NCBI GenBank assembly: GCA_963662665.2
Contig: CAXXJS010000005.1
Span: forward strand, 1-64,000
Reading direction: 5' to 3'
Length of the DNA: 64,000 nt
Source of the DNA: Candidatus Latescibacterota bacterium
Lineage (GTDB): Bacteria > Latescibacterota > UBA2968 > GCA-2709665
The translations under genes and the position numbers were made by a program. Below, in pieces: positions 43,713 through 54,037 of the stretch; the stretch's first letter is position 1; each line of letters begins with the position of its first letter. Below the pieces are notes generated by a model, which saw only the letters and a list, made by a program, of their open reading frames with translations, was not told where the DNA came from and ran no database searches.

Positions 43713-44576
43713 CTATTTGTAGCTGTTGTAGACGATCGCGAGCCAGCGGTCGGTGCTCATCCACCCCTGCCCCCACGACTGCCATTTCTCCGGCACCCCG
43801 GCAGCCTGGATTTCTTCCAGCGCCTTTCCTGCCGCGATGGACTCCCTGACCAGGTTCGCGCACGTTTCCAGCATCTCCAGCGCCGTCCTCATGTCGTCCG
43901 GTACGGCGAGCGGCCCGTGACCGGGGATTATACGCGCATCCGGAGAGATTTGTTTCAGGAGGGACCGGACGGCCTCGATATAGCCCTGGACGTTTCCGCC
44001 GCCGCGGAGGTCGACATACGGGAATCTGCCGTTGAAGAAGAGATCTCCGGTGTGGACGACGTTGGATCCGGTAAAGAACACCACACCGTCGCCGTCGGTG
44101 TGGGCATTTGGAAAGTGGACCACGCGCAATTCCTCGCCGTTGAAATGAATCGACAGGCCTTCATCGAATGTGATTTCCGGCAGGGCGGTTTCGGGTAACG
44201 GCCTGTCGTCAACGCGCCTGGCAGCAAGGCGGTCCCGGACGTTTCTGTGCGCGACGATGACGCCTCTCTCTCCAAAATGCGCGTTCCCGCCGGTATGGTC
44301 GCCATGATAATGCGTATTCAGGACGAAGGTTGGATCTCCGCCCCCCATCTCGCCGATGGCGGCGCGGATCTTTTCGGCCAGCGGCGCGAACTGATCGTCC
44401 ACAATCAGGACGCCGTCCGCGCCAACGGACACGCCGATGTTGCCGCCGCTTCCTTCAAGCATATAGATACGGTCCGTGAGTCTGGTGGATTTAATCTTGA
44501 CCGCGGAAAAATCCCTCTGCGCGAATGCAGTGCCGGTGAAAGCCAATAACGCGGCAATCGTTATCCATCCGGACAT
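43713..44576 (-). CDS. Exported MBL-fold metallo-hydrolase
   Basis: NTHYHGDHTGGN, AHTDGD, HTGDL, IPGHG; signal peptide. Confidence 0.92.
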   Translation of the reverse strand: MSGWITIAALLAFTGTAFAQRDFSAVKIKSTRLTDRIYMLEGSGGNIGVSVGADGVLIVDDQFAPLAEKIRAAIGEMGGGDPTFVLNTHYHGDHTGGNAHFGERGVIVAHRNVRDRLAARRVDDRPLPETALPEITFDEGLSIHFNGEELRVVHFPNAHTDGDGVVFFTGSNVVHTGDLFFNGRFPYVDLRGGGNVQGYIEAVRSLLKQISPDARIIPGHGPLAVPDDMRTALEMLETCANLVRESIAAGKALEEIQAAGVPEKWQSWGQGWMSTDRWLAIVYNSYK

Positions 44577-45037
44577 AGCGAAGATCCTCCATAGTCGGTG
44601 AAAAGGAAGAAGGAAGAAGGAAGAAGGAAGAAGGAAGAAACAGAGCGAACGGCAAGCATTGGTCAGTGGTTAGTGACCAGTGATCAGCAGAAACAGCGAA
44701 AACAAAAAAACCAATCGGTTGACGTCAATGCCGCGACGCAGAAGGCCATAGTCGGGGTGCTGAGGGCAGGATGCACTCGGTCCGGGGGGAAAAAACGAAA
44801 TTGGAGAAATCGATCGATTGACGGCGACCCTGCGCACGATTTCGTTGGGGCAACCCTTGTGATTGCCCGCGCCGCGCGGCTTATGGCGGCCTTCTTCCCT
44901 CTCCCGTCTTCCCGAATTCAAAAAAGGCCCTGGAACCTGGGCGACCGGCCGGTCGCCCCTACCCTGGACCTTTGAATCCAACCTTGCAGGCGACTCAAGA
45001 CAGAATCCGGATCGCCCGTTTTTTCCCGCGACTTCCT

Positions 45038-45766
45038 CTACGCCGTCTGTCCGTCGATGGTGCCCACTTCGATCTTGAGCTCATCCCGGTTCACGACGCG
45101 GTCGACGCGCCCGTCGCGCACCCACACAACCCTGTCGGAAACGCTCAGCATCTTGTGGTCGTGCGTGGCCGAAACCACGGTTACGCCCGAATCCTTGTTC
45201 ATCTGACGAAGGAGTTCGATAATCTCCGTACCGGTGCGCAGATCCAGGTTTCCAGTGGGTTCGTCGGCCAGAATCAGCGCCGGATCGTTGGCGAACGCAC
45301 GGGCGACCGCCACGCGCTGCTGCTGTCCGCCCGAGAGCTCGAACGGCTTGTGCGACACCCGGTCGCCCAACCCGACCTTTTCCAATAGACCCACGCCCTT
45401 GTCGCGTGCCTCGTCGCTGGTCAACCCCGCAAATACCATTGGCAGCGTCACGTTCTCCAATGCCGTCATCACCGGAATCAGATTGAACGTCTGGAAAATA
45501 TACCCTATTTTTCGGCAACGCAACCAGGCCAATTCATACGCGTCGAGTTGCGCTACGTCGACGTCATCGATGTATACCTTGCCGTCGCTGGGTTTATCGA
45601 GCCCGCCGACCATATTGAACAGGGTGGTTTTTCCGGAGCCTGAAGGTCCCATGATCGAGATGTACTCGCCCTGTTCAATTTCGATATCCACACCCTTGAG
45701 CGCAGATACCCGCACGTCGCCCATCTCGTAGACCTTTTTCACATCCTGAGTTCTTACGACGGCCAT
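45038..45766 (-). CDS. ABC transporter ATP-binding protein (LolD/MacB-like)
   Basis: GPSGSGKTT, LSGGQQQRVA, LADEPTGNLD. Confidence 0.95.
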   Translation of the reverse strand: MAVVRTQDVKKVYEMGDVRVSALKGVDIEIEQGEYISIMGPSGSGKTTLFNMVGGLDKPSDGKVYIDDVDVAQLDAYELAWLRCRKIGYIFQTFNLIPVMTALENVTLPMVFAGLTSDEARDKGVGLLEKVGLGDRVSHKPFELSGGQQQRVAVARAFANDPALILADEPTGNLDLRTGTEIIELLRQMNKDSGVTVVSATHDHKMLSVSDRVVWVRDGRVDRVVNRDELKIEVGTIDGQTA

Positions 45767-45815
45767 CGGCGCCCTCCAGGCAAGTTGATGTGCTGCAAAG
45801 TGACGTTCACGTCCT

Positions 45816-45979
45816 TAGCAGCCCGTTGAAAAAGTCCATCCGGGCTGCGTCCGGCCCTTGTGGCCGAATTACTGCGTTGCGCTTCCTCCCAGAATCCCCG
45901 ATTCGACGCGGTCGCGCGCCTTGTCTTCGGCCACAATGACTCGGCCTCGCCTGCAGAGCGACTTTTCAACGGACTGCTA
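45816..45979. mobile_element. MITE-like element (truncated copy at ~51930-51979)
   Basis: IR tagcagcccgttgaaaa / ttttcaacggactgcta with TA ends. Confidence 0.7.
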
Positions 45980-46666
45980 GACTTCCAACCGCATCGCGTC
46001 AACGGGCTCCATTTTTGCGGCTCTATACGCCGGCAGGATTCCGCCCATCAGTGAGAGGAAGGAACCCAGCACAATAGCCCACACCACACGCTCCAGAATG
46101 TCGGGCCACGGCACGAAACCGATAACGGTGTTGCCATAGCCGATCCAGGACGTCAGAATGGACAGCAGAAGGCCCACGGCCGCGCCCAGAACCGTGCCGG
46201 CCATACCCATAAACGAGGACTCCAGAATAAACAGCTTGACGATAAACCCATCCAGCGCTCCCATACACTTCATGGTCCCAATTTCCCGGAAGCGCTCGGA
46301 GACGGACATCAGCATCGCGTTTGTGATCCCCACCAGGCACACCAGCAGAGAAAGCACAACCAGCCATGTGTTCTTGGCCTCCTCCTGTCGGTTGGCTTCG
46401 CTCTCCTGACTGATGTCGATCCCCTTTTGCTGGAGAATCAGGTTCATTTTGGGATCGTTGGCATCTCGAAGGCTGTTGACGATGGAACTGGTTGTCCAGA
46501 TGGACATGAGGAAGGCGATGGCCAGAACAATGCTGCTCACCGTAATCAACGACCGCCCGAACCGTATCTTCACGCTGTTGAAACTGATCTCGACGGCCTT
46601 TCTGATTGGCAGTTTGACCTGCGTGCCGATTTCCCGGCGGGCAGGCGATGCATTACTTTGCGCCAT
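45977..46666 (-). CDS. FtsX-like ABC permease
   Basis: GITNAMLMSVSERFREIGTMKCMGA; PAYRAAKMEPVDAMR. Confidence 0.9.
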   Translation of the reverse strand: MAQSNASPARREIGTQVKLPIRKAVEISFNSVKIRFGRSLITVSSIVLAIAFLMSIWTTSSIVNSLRDANDPKMNLILQQKGIDISQESEANRQEEAKNTWLVVLSLLVCLVGITNAMLMSVSERFREIGTMKCMGALDGFIVKLFILESSFMGMAGTVLGAAVGLLLSILTSWIGYGNTVIGFVPWPDILERVVWAIVLGSFLSLMGGILPAYRAAKMEPVDAMRLEV

Positions 46667-46727
46667 GAACTCCTCCCACAACGAACTGAACGAACATTGC
46701 GGCGCGGGACCCCCCTTGCCGCAGTAC

Positions 46728-48377
46728 TTATCTGACTTCCGGGTCGCGCATCACGGGGACGTGGGTGCGCCCCTGACGTCTCGAATAGTACGCCCGATCC
46801 GCCAAAAGCTTTCCTGCCCGGTCGAACAATGCCAGCGTCTGAACGATTTCCGGGTCCTGGGTTACGGCGACCCGGCCCGCCTCCCGGTCTCCCCAACGGA
46901 ATTTCGCGAAATATCGTTTCATCTGCCGCTTGATCAGGCCGATGCCCGATTCGAAATCTCCATCTGAAAACGTCAGATCTGAATCCCACGCCTTTAGGAA
47001 CGCCTTGAATTCAGACATCTCGCGCTCGCCTGGCGTATATTGTTCAAGATACACCGAAAAATCCGAAAATGCACGGGTGAACTCGGACCCATGGCGGCTG
47101 GCGAATTCGAAAAAGTGCCGCGGGGTCAACCTCTGTTCAAAATCGCCGGGGCGCTCGGGTTCCAACTCCACGTCGGGCGTAATCCCGCCGCTGCCATACA
47201 CCTTCCGATGCAATATCTGCGTAAAATAGACCGGTTGGGAGTACACGCTGTCCGGGTCGGCATTGGGATCGTAGCCGTCGTGCGCCGCTTGCAGGTAAGC
47301 CCGCCTGTCGCTGGAATACGGACGCTGGATCGGACGTTCGCTTGGCGTGAAATAGCTAGCCACCGTAAGCAGAACCGCGCCGCCGTTCTTGAGGGAATAC
47401 TGCTTTTGAACGAGTCCTTTGCCAAACGTGGTCCGCCCGACGATAAGCCCTCGATCGTAGTCCTGAACGGCGCCCGCCACAATCTCCGAAGCGCTGGCGC
47501 TGTAACTGTCGACGAGTACCATCAGCGGCATATCGAGCGGTACAACAGGGTCGCGATCCGCGAAATGATCTTCACGAGAGCCCCTTCTGCGACCCTCGGT
47601 ATACACCAGGAGGCGGTCTTTCTCGAGGAACTGATCCGCCACGGCCACAGCCTGCTCCAGGTACCCGCCGCTGTTGCCGCGCAAATCCAGAATGAGCTTT
47701 CCGGCACCCTGATCGATCAGGCCGTCGAGTGCGACCCGCAATTCCCGGGACGTTCGACTCGCGAACCGGTCGACCTTCACGTAGCCCACTTCCTGATTCA
47801 GCTTAAACACATACGGCACGCTGGGCACTTCGATTTTGTCGCGAATGATCTCAAAACTGAGCGGGTCGGCCACCCCGGGCCGGTGAACCAGGACGTTCAC
47901 CCTGCTGTCCTTAGGACCCTTGAGGCGCTTTTTTACGTCATCGGTCTTCCGCACGCCAACCACCGACACCCCGTCGATCTTCACAATTCGGTCGCCGGCC
48001 TGGAGGCCGGCTTTATAGGCCGGTGATCCGACAATTGGTGAAAGTACCGTGAGTTGGCTCGCGATTATATCGAAATAAATCCCGATTCCCTCAAACGAGC
48101 CCTGCATCCGCTCCCGGGTGTCCTGGAGTTCCTCCGGCGAAATATAGGTTGAATGGGGATCAAGCCTGGAGAGATAGCCCTCGATTGCGCCGTGATACAA
48201 CTCTACAGGATCTGTATTCTCGTAATACTGGCGCCGTACCAGGTCGGCCAACTGATCCAGCGTATGCGCCTGCATCGCCGTATTCACGCGCGGTGCGGAG
48301 TCGGCGACCGCCGTGCCTGGACGACAGGCTGCCCACACCAGAATCAGGAGGAAAACTGCCCGGCATACGACCGACAT
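46728..48377 (-). CDS. S41 C-terminal processing peptidase
   Basis: LDPHS, PDZ domain, LDLRGNSGG, SASASEIVAGA, TFGKG. Confidence 0.93.
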   Translation of the reverse strand: MSVVCRAVFLLILVWAACRPGTAVADSAPRVNTAMQAHTLDQLADLVRRQYYENTDPVELYHGAIEGYLSRLDPHSTYISPEELQDTRERMQGSFEGIGIYFDIIASQLTVLSPIVGSPAYKAGLQAGDRIVKIDGVSVVGVRKTDDVKKRLKGPKDSRVNVLVHRPGVADPLSFEIIRDKIEVPSVPYVFKLNQEVGYVKVDRFASRTSRELRVALDGLIDQGAGKLILDLRGNSGGYLEQAVAVADQFLEKDRLLVYTEGRRRGSREDHFADRDPVVPLDMPLMVLVDSYSASASEIVAGAVQDYDRGLIVGRTTFGKGLVQKQYSLKNGGAVLLTVASYFTPSERPIQRPYSSDRRAYLQAAHDGYDPNADPDSVYSQPVYFTQILHRKVYGSGGITPDVELEPERPGDFEQRLTPRHFFEFASRHGSEFTRAFSDFSVYLEQYTPGEREMSEFKAFLKAWDSDLTFSDGDFESGIGLIKRQMKRYFAKFRWGDREAGRVAVTQDPEIVQTLALFDRAGKLLADRAYYSRRQGRTHVPVMRDPEVR

Positions 48378-48489
48378 ACAAACCTTCCGGAAGTCGCGCG
48401 AGTTCGTAATCAGATCGCCCCAAAAAGCGACTCAACATAACGACGACAACCGCAGATGTCAAGGAGAAACCACATCCGCCGCGGCTCGA

Positions 48490-49215
48490 TCAACCCCTCG
48501 CGCCGGCGGCCCCTTTTTTCGACTTACGCATCGAAAACACCATCAACTGCTTGGAAAACAGGTAATATTCCCTGAAATTCAATTTGCTGGTGCTGTACTG
48601 CCGGTTGCGAAACACGTATGGCACCTCGACGAACGTCGACCAGGTACCCTTGACCAGAATCTCGAGCAAAATCTTGTACCCCGGAGACGTCAGCGTCACG
48701 CCCTGCAACACACGCCGATGAAGGAAAAAGTACCCGCTGAGCGGATCCTGAACTCCCGTCAGCTGTCTCGCGGCGAGAACACCGGCCTGGGAAATCATCT
48801 TTCGATACCACGGCCACCGCTCCACGCGGCTTTCCGGATTATAACGGCTGCCCAGCGCGAGATCATACTCACGCAGCCCGAGAATCAACCGGGGCAGTAC
48901 CAAAGGATCGTGGCTCAGATCCGCGTCGATCACGCCCAGGCAGTCGCGGTTCGATTTCTGAAACCCCTCCATCACCGCGCTGCCCAGTCCCAGCTTGCCG
49001 GCCCGGTGTACCACCTGAACGGGATATCGATCTCTGAGCGCTTCTGCTTCCTCGCCGGTGCCATCCGGTGAATTGTCGTCAACGACGATCAATTCCAGGT
49101 CGATTTCCCGGAGCTGTCCGACCGCCGCGAAAACCTCTTCCGCCAGAAGTGAAATGTTCGGGCGCTCGTTGTAGGTCGGCGTAATCAGAGAGACGCGCAA
49201 CGGGGTTTCACTCAT
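48490..49215 (-). CDS. Polyprenol-phosphate mannose synthase-like GT2
   Basis: PTYNE, VVDDNSPDGT, IDADLSHDP, DPLSGYF. Confidence 0.92.
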   Translation of the reverse strand: MSETPLRVSLITPTYNERPNISLLAEEVFAAVGQLREIDLELIVVDDNSPDGTGEEAEALRDRYPVQVVHRAGKLGLGSAVMEGFQKSNRDCLGVIDADLSHDPLVLPRLILGLREYDLALGSRYNPESRVERWPWYRKMISQAGVLAARQLTGVQDPLSGYFFLHRRVLQGVTLTSPGYKILLEILVKGTWSTFVEVPYVFRNRQYSTSKLNFREYYLFSKQLMVFSMRKSKKGAAGARG

Positions 49216-49313
49216 GCGAATCACCTCATAAGATGGGACCGGGTGCGTTGAATCCTGCGACGGCGACGTACGCAGGGACTGGAAATTACCGTATCCTGTG
49301 TAAGAGGTGGCAA

Positions 49314-50225
49314 TTACCGGCCGGTGACACCCATTAACCTGCCAGTCTGCTCCAGATTACCGGAAAAGGATCGAAGTACAGGATTGAACAGCCTGCGGAC
49401 GCGGTCCAGCTTGAGGCCCGCCCTGCGGGGTCTGGATGCGATTTGCCCCAGTTCCACGGAAGTTATCGGCACGGCAAGTTCGGCGTCGAGACCGAAACAA
49501 TGGCAAATTCGCTCAACCATTTCATGCCTGCTGAAAAATTCAGGCCCCGCAAAGTGGATCGCGCCCCGGAAATCAGCGCGGCACAGGCCAAGGAGAAATA
49601 AGGCGAGTTCATCCACACTGGTGGGATTTGCCCATTCGTCGGTAACTACCCGGATGGTTTCGCCCCGCAGCAGCGATTCCAGAGCCCACGTCACGAAATT
49701 GTGCCGGCAACCCGCACGATACCCGTACAGCACTGCCGTCCGGACCACGAGTCCCTGACACGAGGACGCCAGAACGGCCGTCTCTGCTTCCAACTTGGTC
49801 CGTCCGTAAACGTTTACCGGGTTGGTAGGATCGGTCTCGGCGTATGGGCCGGCCAGACCGTCGAACACATAGTTCGTCGAAACGGTCACCAATCCGCTGC
49901 CTGCGTTTTCACACGCCCGAATCAGGTTCAGAGTTCCGCATACATTGACACGGTGCGCAAGGTCCGGATTACGCTCACACTGGTCCACCCCGGCCTCAGC
50001 GGCCGCGTTTATCACCCAGTCGGGCCGAACGCGCGCGACCGCCTCGTCAACCGCCGCCGCATCCGTAACGTCCACCCGCAGACACTCCGACCCGGAAAAC
50101 GGCGGCCGCGGCCGCCGGGCGGCCGGAATCCGGCGTACGCCCTCGAACGGCACGTCACAAAGCGCCCGTCCCAGGAATCCTGAAGCCCCGACAATCAATG
50201 CGGTTTTTAAGTTCTCGTCACCCAT
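49314..50225 (-). CDS. dTDP-4-dehydrorhamnose reductase (RmlD)-family SDR
   Basis: GASGFLG, STNYVFDG, YGRTK. Confidence 0.88.
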   Translation of the reverse strand: MGDENLKTALIVGASGFLGRALCDVPFEGVRRIPAARRPRPPFSGSECLRVDVTDAAAVDEAVARVRPDWVINAAAEAGVDQCERNPDLAHRVNVCGTLNLIRACENAGSGLVTVSTNYVFDGLAGPYAETDPTNPVNVYGRTKLEAETAVLASSCQGLVVRTAVLYGYRAGCRHNFVTWALESLLRGETIRVVTDEWANPTSVDELALFLLGLCRADFRGAIHFAGPEFFSRHEMVERICHCFGLDAELAVPITSVELGQIASRPRRAGLKLDRVRRLFNPVLRSFSGNLEQTGRLMGVTGR

Positions 50226-50270
50226 TGACACCACCCGGATACGGTACCCACGCAGGGCTCGATGTTCCCC

Positions 50271-51845
50271 TTATCGCGAAATGGACGGCGGCGGCTCAAC
50301 AAGGCGCAGGTACATTGCCATTCCGCGGAAGAGCGCGCCGGCGTTTACAGCGCGCTCGAGATGGGCATTCGCCAGCGCCGCCAGTATACGGCCGGCCCCG
50401 TCCTGATAGGTCGAATGCCCGGTGTGCGCGTACAATCTCAAAAACACCTGAACGGCCACCCCGTTACCCGATGGCACCAGACGGTCCACCGCGTGGATAA
50501 CGGCACCGCCCTGTTCCGGCCAACGGTCGCGCAGCGCGCCCGAGTCATCGCGAAATCGCACCAACATCACATCGGCGAGTGCCGAGGCAAACCGGAGAAA
50601 GCTGGCGTCGCCATCGGCGTCGTAGATGTCCAGCGCGGCGCGCGCGACCAGGGCCTGGTCTGCAAGCAGACAAAGCGGATTGCCCTCCGGTTCCAATACG
50701 TGCAGCATGCCGCCGTCCGGACGGGAAAATCGCATGCGTAGTGACGCCATGACCCGTTGTGCGAGATCCAGGTAGACGGCCCTTCCGGAAGCCTGATAAA
50801 GTGCGACAAACCCGGTAACGGCCATTGCGTTCCACGAGGCGTAAACGGCCGGGTCCCTGGCGGGCACCTGTCCCGCCCCCAGCATGGCCGCGTTTCCGGA
50901 TTGCTCCGAAAACCCCGCCAGGCCGGCAACGAACATGCCCATTTTTTCCTGGTACAGTCCAGCCAGCAGCGCCTCGCCCAAATCGACCGCCGACGCGCTG
51001 TCCACCCGTGCCACAACATTCAGCCAACCCGCATTTACAGCCAGCGTCTTCTCTCTGTCGAGAGCGACTCCGTCCGGCGTGAGCTGGCGATTAAAGAAAG
51101 TCCCGTCGGAATCGCGCAACGGGCTTGAGAGGATGGCCTTCAGCCGTTTCAGCGCAATAGTCCGCGCCGCGGAATCATTGCCATCGAGGAGTGCGAGAAA
51201 GGCCTCCGCTCCCGGGATCTCTCCTCGTTCCAGCGCAGCCTTCGTGCTGTCTGTAAACTGGTGAAGCAGGCTCGAAGACGGCTCCAAAGGCGGGAGACTC
51301 GGCGCTTCTCTTTCCGCCCACCGCGCCAGGTTTGACCGCGCGCGCTCAAAATCCGTCCATCGCTTCGGGTTGTTGAAATACACCCGCACGCGGCGCAACA
51401 ATTCCCGCAGATCTTCCGGATCCATATAGGTGGACCCGGTCATCCATTCATCATTAGGAGTCAGTATCGCCGTTGAAGGCCAGCCACCGAGACCGAATCG
51501 TTCCGCCAGATCGGGGCGCCGGTCCACGTCGACCCGTACCGGCCACGTGCCCTGCCCGATCGCCCGCGCCAACTCAGGGTCTTCGAAGCAGCGTCTGACC
51601 ATTTCCCGGCACCAGTAGGACCGGCTGGAATAAAGATAGAGAAACAGCGGCCGATTGAGAACACGGGCGGAATCCCGCGCTGACCACGCCCGCCAATTCA
51701 CACGCCCGGGCGGTGGAGCGGATACGCTGGGAATCACGGTCGTTTGCGGACCCCGTTCGCATGCGGCAAGCCCCGAACTCAGAGTCGCGCACAAACACAC
51801 CAGTCGCAGCCGCCGGAACGCGAATATTCCAATCAGGCATTCCAT
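50271..51845 (-). CDS. DUF255/YyaL-like thioredoxin-domain protein
   Basis: WCREM...FEDPE, VDVDRRPDL, GGWPST, PSGNGVA. Confidence 0.8.
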   Translation of the reverse strand: MECLIGIFAFRRLRLVCLCATLSSGLAACERGPQTTVIPSVSAPPPGRVNWRAWSARDSARVLNRPLFLYLYSSRSYWCREMVRRCFEDPELARAIGQGTWPVRVDVDRRPDLAERFGLGGWPSTAILTPNDEWMTGSTYMDPEDLRELLRRVRVYFNNPKRWTDFERARSNLARWAEREAPSLPPLEPSSSLLHQFTDSTKAALERGEIPGAEAFLALLDGNDSAARTIALKRLKAILSSPLRDSDGTFFNRQLTPDGVALDREKTLAVNAGWLNVVARVDSASAVDLGEALLAGLYQEKMGMFVAGLAGFSEQSGNAAMLGAGQVPARDPAVYASWNAMAVTGFVALYQASGRAVYLDLAQRVMASLRMRFSRPDGGMLHVLEPEGNPLCLLADQALVARAALDIYDADGDASFLRFASALADVMLVRFRDDSGALRDRWPEQGGAVIHAVDRLVPSGNGVAVQVFLRLYAHTGHSTYQDGAGRILAALANAHLERAVNAGALFRGMAMYLRLVEPPPSISR

Positions 51846-52257
51846 GTCCGCTCAGCTTATGCCTCCCGCCCCGCGCGGCGACCCTCGAACCGTGAGCCGG
51901 GAATTGTGACCTGACGGCTCCGCTGAATCAGCCCATCCGGGCTGCGGCCGGCAGAGCGACTTTCCCAACGGACTGCTAATGCGAAGGGCCGTCTTTCCTC
52001 CCTTTACTTCAACTCAGGACGGGAGAATTATGACGGCCGAACGGAAAAGTCTGGAACAACAATCCGCCAGATGCGTTTATATCTTGAAATCGACGAAAAG
52101 ACTTGACATTTCGGTGGCGATTAACGTAACTTTTCTGCTTGGCGAGATCTCGGGTCGTCCAATTCCCGAATGCCGGTGGAAATGGATCGGGGCCGCCCGG
52201 TACCTTTGATTCTGCAATTGCTTCCGGGCCTCTGCAGGGTAGAACGTCTTCGATTCT

Positions 52258-52515
52258 TCAGCGGATCTTCGCAAGCGGTATCGCCTCTTCGACGAGCATA
52301 ATGGGGATATTGTCTTCAATGGGATACAGGTAAGCGCCGTCCTCGCGAACGAGGCCGCCGTCAACGGGGTTCTCGACGGGGGTTCCCCCCCGGTTGCATA
52401 CCTCGCCCTTTTCGATCAGTTCGTTGAGTCTTTCAATCAATCCCCGCCCAGCCGGACTGACGGATGTTCGGTTTTCCGGGCAAGCCAGAATTTCGAGCAG
52501 TTCCTTGTCGATCAC
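52258..52515 (-). CDS. Trm112-family protein
   Basis: ELLEILACPE...YPIEDNIPIML. Confidence 0.9.
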   Translation of the reverse strand: MIDKELLEILACPENRTSVSPAGRGLIERLNELIEKGEVCNRGGTPVENPVDGGLVREDGAYLYPIEDNIPIMLVEEAIPLAKIR

Positions 52516-52926
52516 CCCTGGCCCCTTTCAGTTTCAGCAGCTCGAATCACGGATTTCCCTTTTCAGCACTCAGGCAAAGAGAAAATATACAACAAGCGGT
52601 TGTCGAACAAGCTTTTTCCGGCAGGAGCGCCTATTCTGAACATTCGCTGACGTGTTTTGCCCGTTGTACCGCAATTTCGTTCCACAAATGAAACGATTTA
52701 CGGCTGGCAATCCCCGACTTTCCGGGCGTACGCCGCGTTGTGGACGTGTTGTCAAAACCTATGGCGAGTGGAGTGCCCGTGCCGTTACAGAAAACACCCG
52801 GGTCGCCGGACAAGAAAAGGGGCGCACACCGTTCAACCCCTATCCGCACCCGGTTTTTTATGCCATGTCGGGTGGAAATCGTACGTCGGGTCCAACCGCA
52901 GGATTAGACCTCAAGGAGCAGAGCCC

Positions 52927-53973
52927 ATGAATAGCAACCCGTTGTGCGTGTGCCTGACCGGCATCTTCCTCTCCGTTGCGTTCGCGTACCCTGGCCCGTC
53001 GTGGGCCACACCGGAGAGCCAGGCCGCCGCGCCTTTTCTTCTGTTCCAGCCCAGCGCGCGTTCCGCTGGTATGGGTGAAGCCTATATTGCGATTGCCGAT
53101 GGCGCAAACGCGACCTATTACAATCCAGCCGGCCTGGCGGACGACACGAACAGGCACATGAGTACCACGATGTATAAGCCTGTTCCTTCTCTGGCCAGCG
53201 ACATTTTCACCTCGTTCGGCGCCTACACACAGCCGGTCGAAGGCGTGGGCAATCTCGGGTTCAGCCTGATCTACACCTCCCTCGGATCACAGCACCGCAC
53301 CGACTCCCAGGGGCAGGATCTTGGCGAATTCACAAGCTTTGGCCTGGCCGTGGCGGTTTCTTATGGCACCTTTGTCGTAAAAAACGTCTCTGTGGGCGCT
53401 ACCATGAAGTTCATTCACGAGAAACTTGCCAGCCAGGGCGCCGGCATCGAAAAAGGCAAAGGCGCAGGCACATCTTTCGCCGGCGACCTGGGATTTATGT
53501 GGAAAGCCTCCGATCGGTTCACCCTGGCCTGGGCGCTGCGAAACGTGGGGCCGAACATCACGTTCATCGATGCGGATCAGGCCGACCCGCTGCCGCAGAA
53601 CTTCACCATCGGCTTCGCGTATACGGCGCTCCAGCAAGGGAACTCAACACTGCTCTTCGCCGCGGACATCTATAAACCTCTCGCAGACAGAGGCTTTTTT
53701 TCCTTTGTCACGGGTTGGAACGACCGCAACGGGAGCGAGGAACTCAAGGATATCGACTACCATACAGGCGTCGAATGGAAATACAACCTTTCCGAAGAAT
53801 CCGCCTTCGCTCTGCGGACCGGATATTTCCACGATGAGGATGGCGACCGGAAGAGCCCCACCTTCGGTCTGGGCCTGAAATACAACTGGGCGTCGTTCGA
53901 TCTCTCCTACTTCGCCAGGAGCAACTCCGCCCTCCGGAACGTCTTTCGCTTTACCGGCGGCTTCTCATTCTAA
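52927..53973 (+). CDS. PorV/PorQ-family T9SS outer-membrane protein
   Basis: APFLLFQPSARSAGMGEA, YYNPAGL, ADPLP, terminal Phe. Confidence 0.85.
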   Translation: MNSNPLCVCLTGIFLSVAFAYPGPSWATPESQAAAPFLLFQPSARSAGMGEAYIAIADGANATYYNPAGLADDTNRHMSTTMYKPVPSLASDIFTSFGAYTQPVEGVGNLGFSLIYTSLGSQHRTDSQGQDLGEFTSFGLAVAVSYGTFVVKNVSVGATMKFIHEKLASQGAGIEKGKGAGTSFAGDLGFMWKASDRFTLAWALRNVGPNITFIDADQADPLPQNFTIGFAYTALQQGNSTLLFAADIYKPLADRGFFSFVTGWNDRNGSEELKDIDYHTGVEWKYNLSEESAFALRTGYFHDEDGDRKSPTFGLGLKYNWASFDLSYFARSNSALRNVFRFTGGFSF

Positions 53974-54037
53974 GACAATGGAACGGCTTATCCTTCCGCT
54001 GTTTTTCGCTTGATTTCTCAAAAGGTCGAAAGCCATC

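Noticed and set aside
52593-52604. caagcggtt match to the cas6-UTR spacer-like sequence
   Set aside because: 9-nt match, no plausible PAM, unrelated locus
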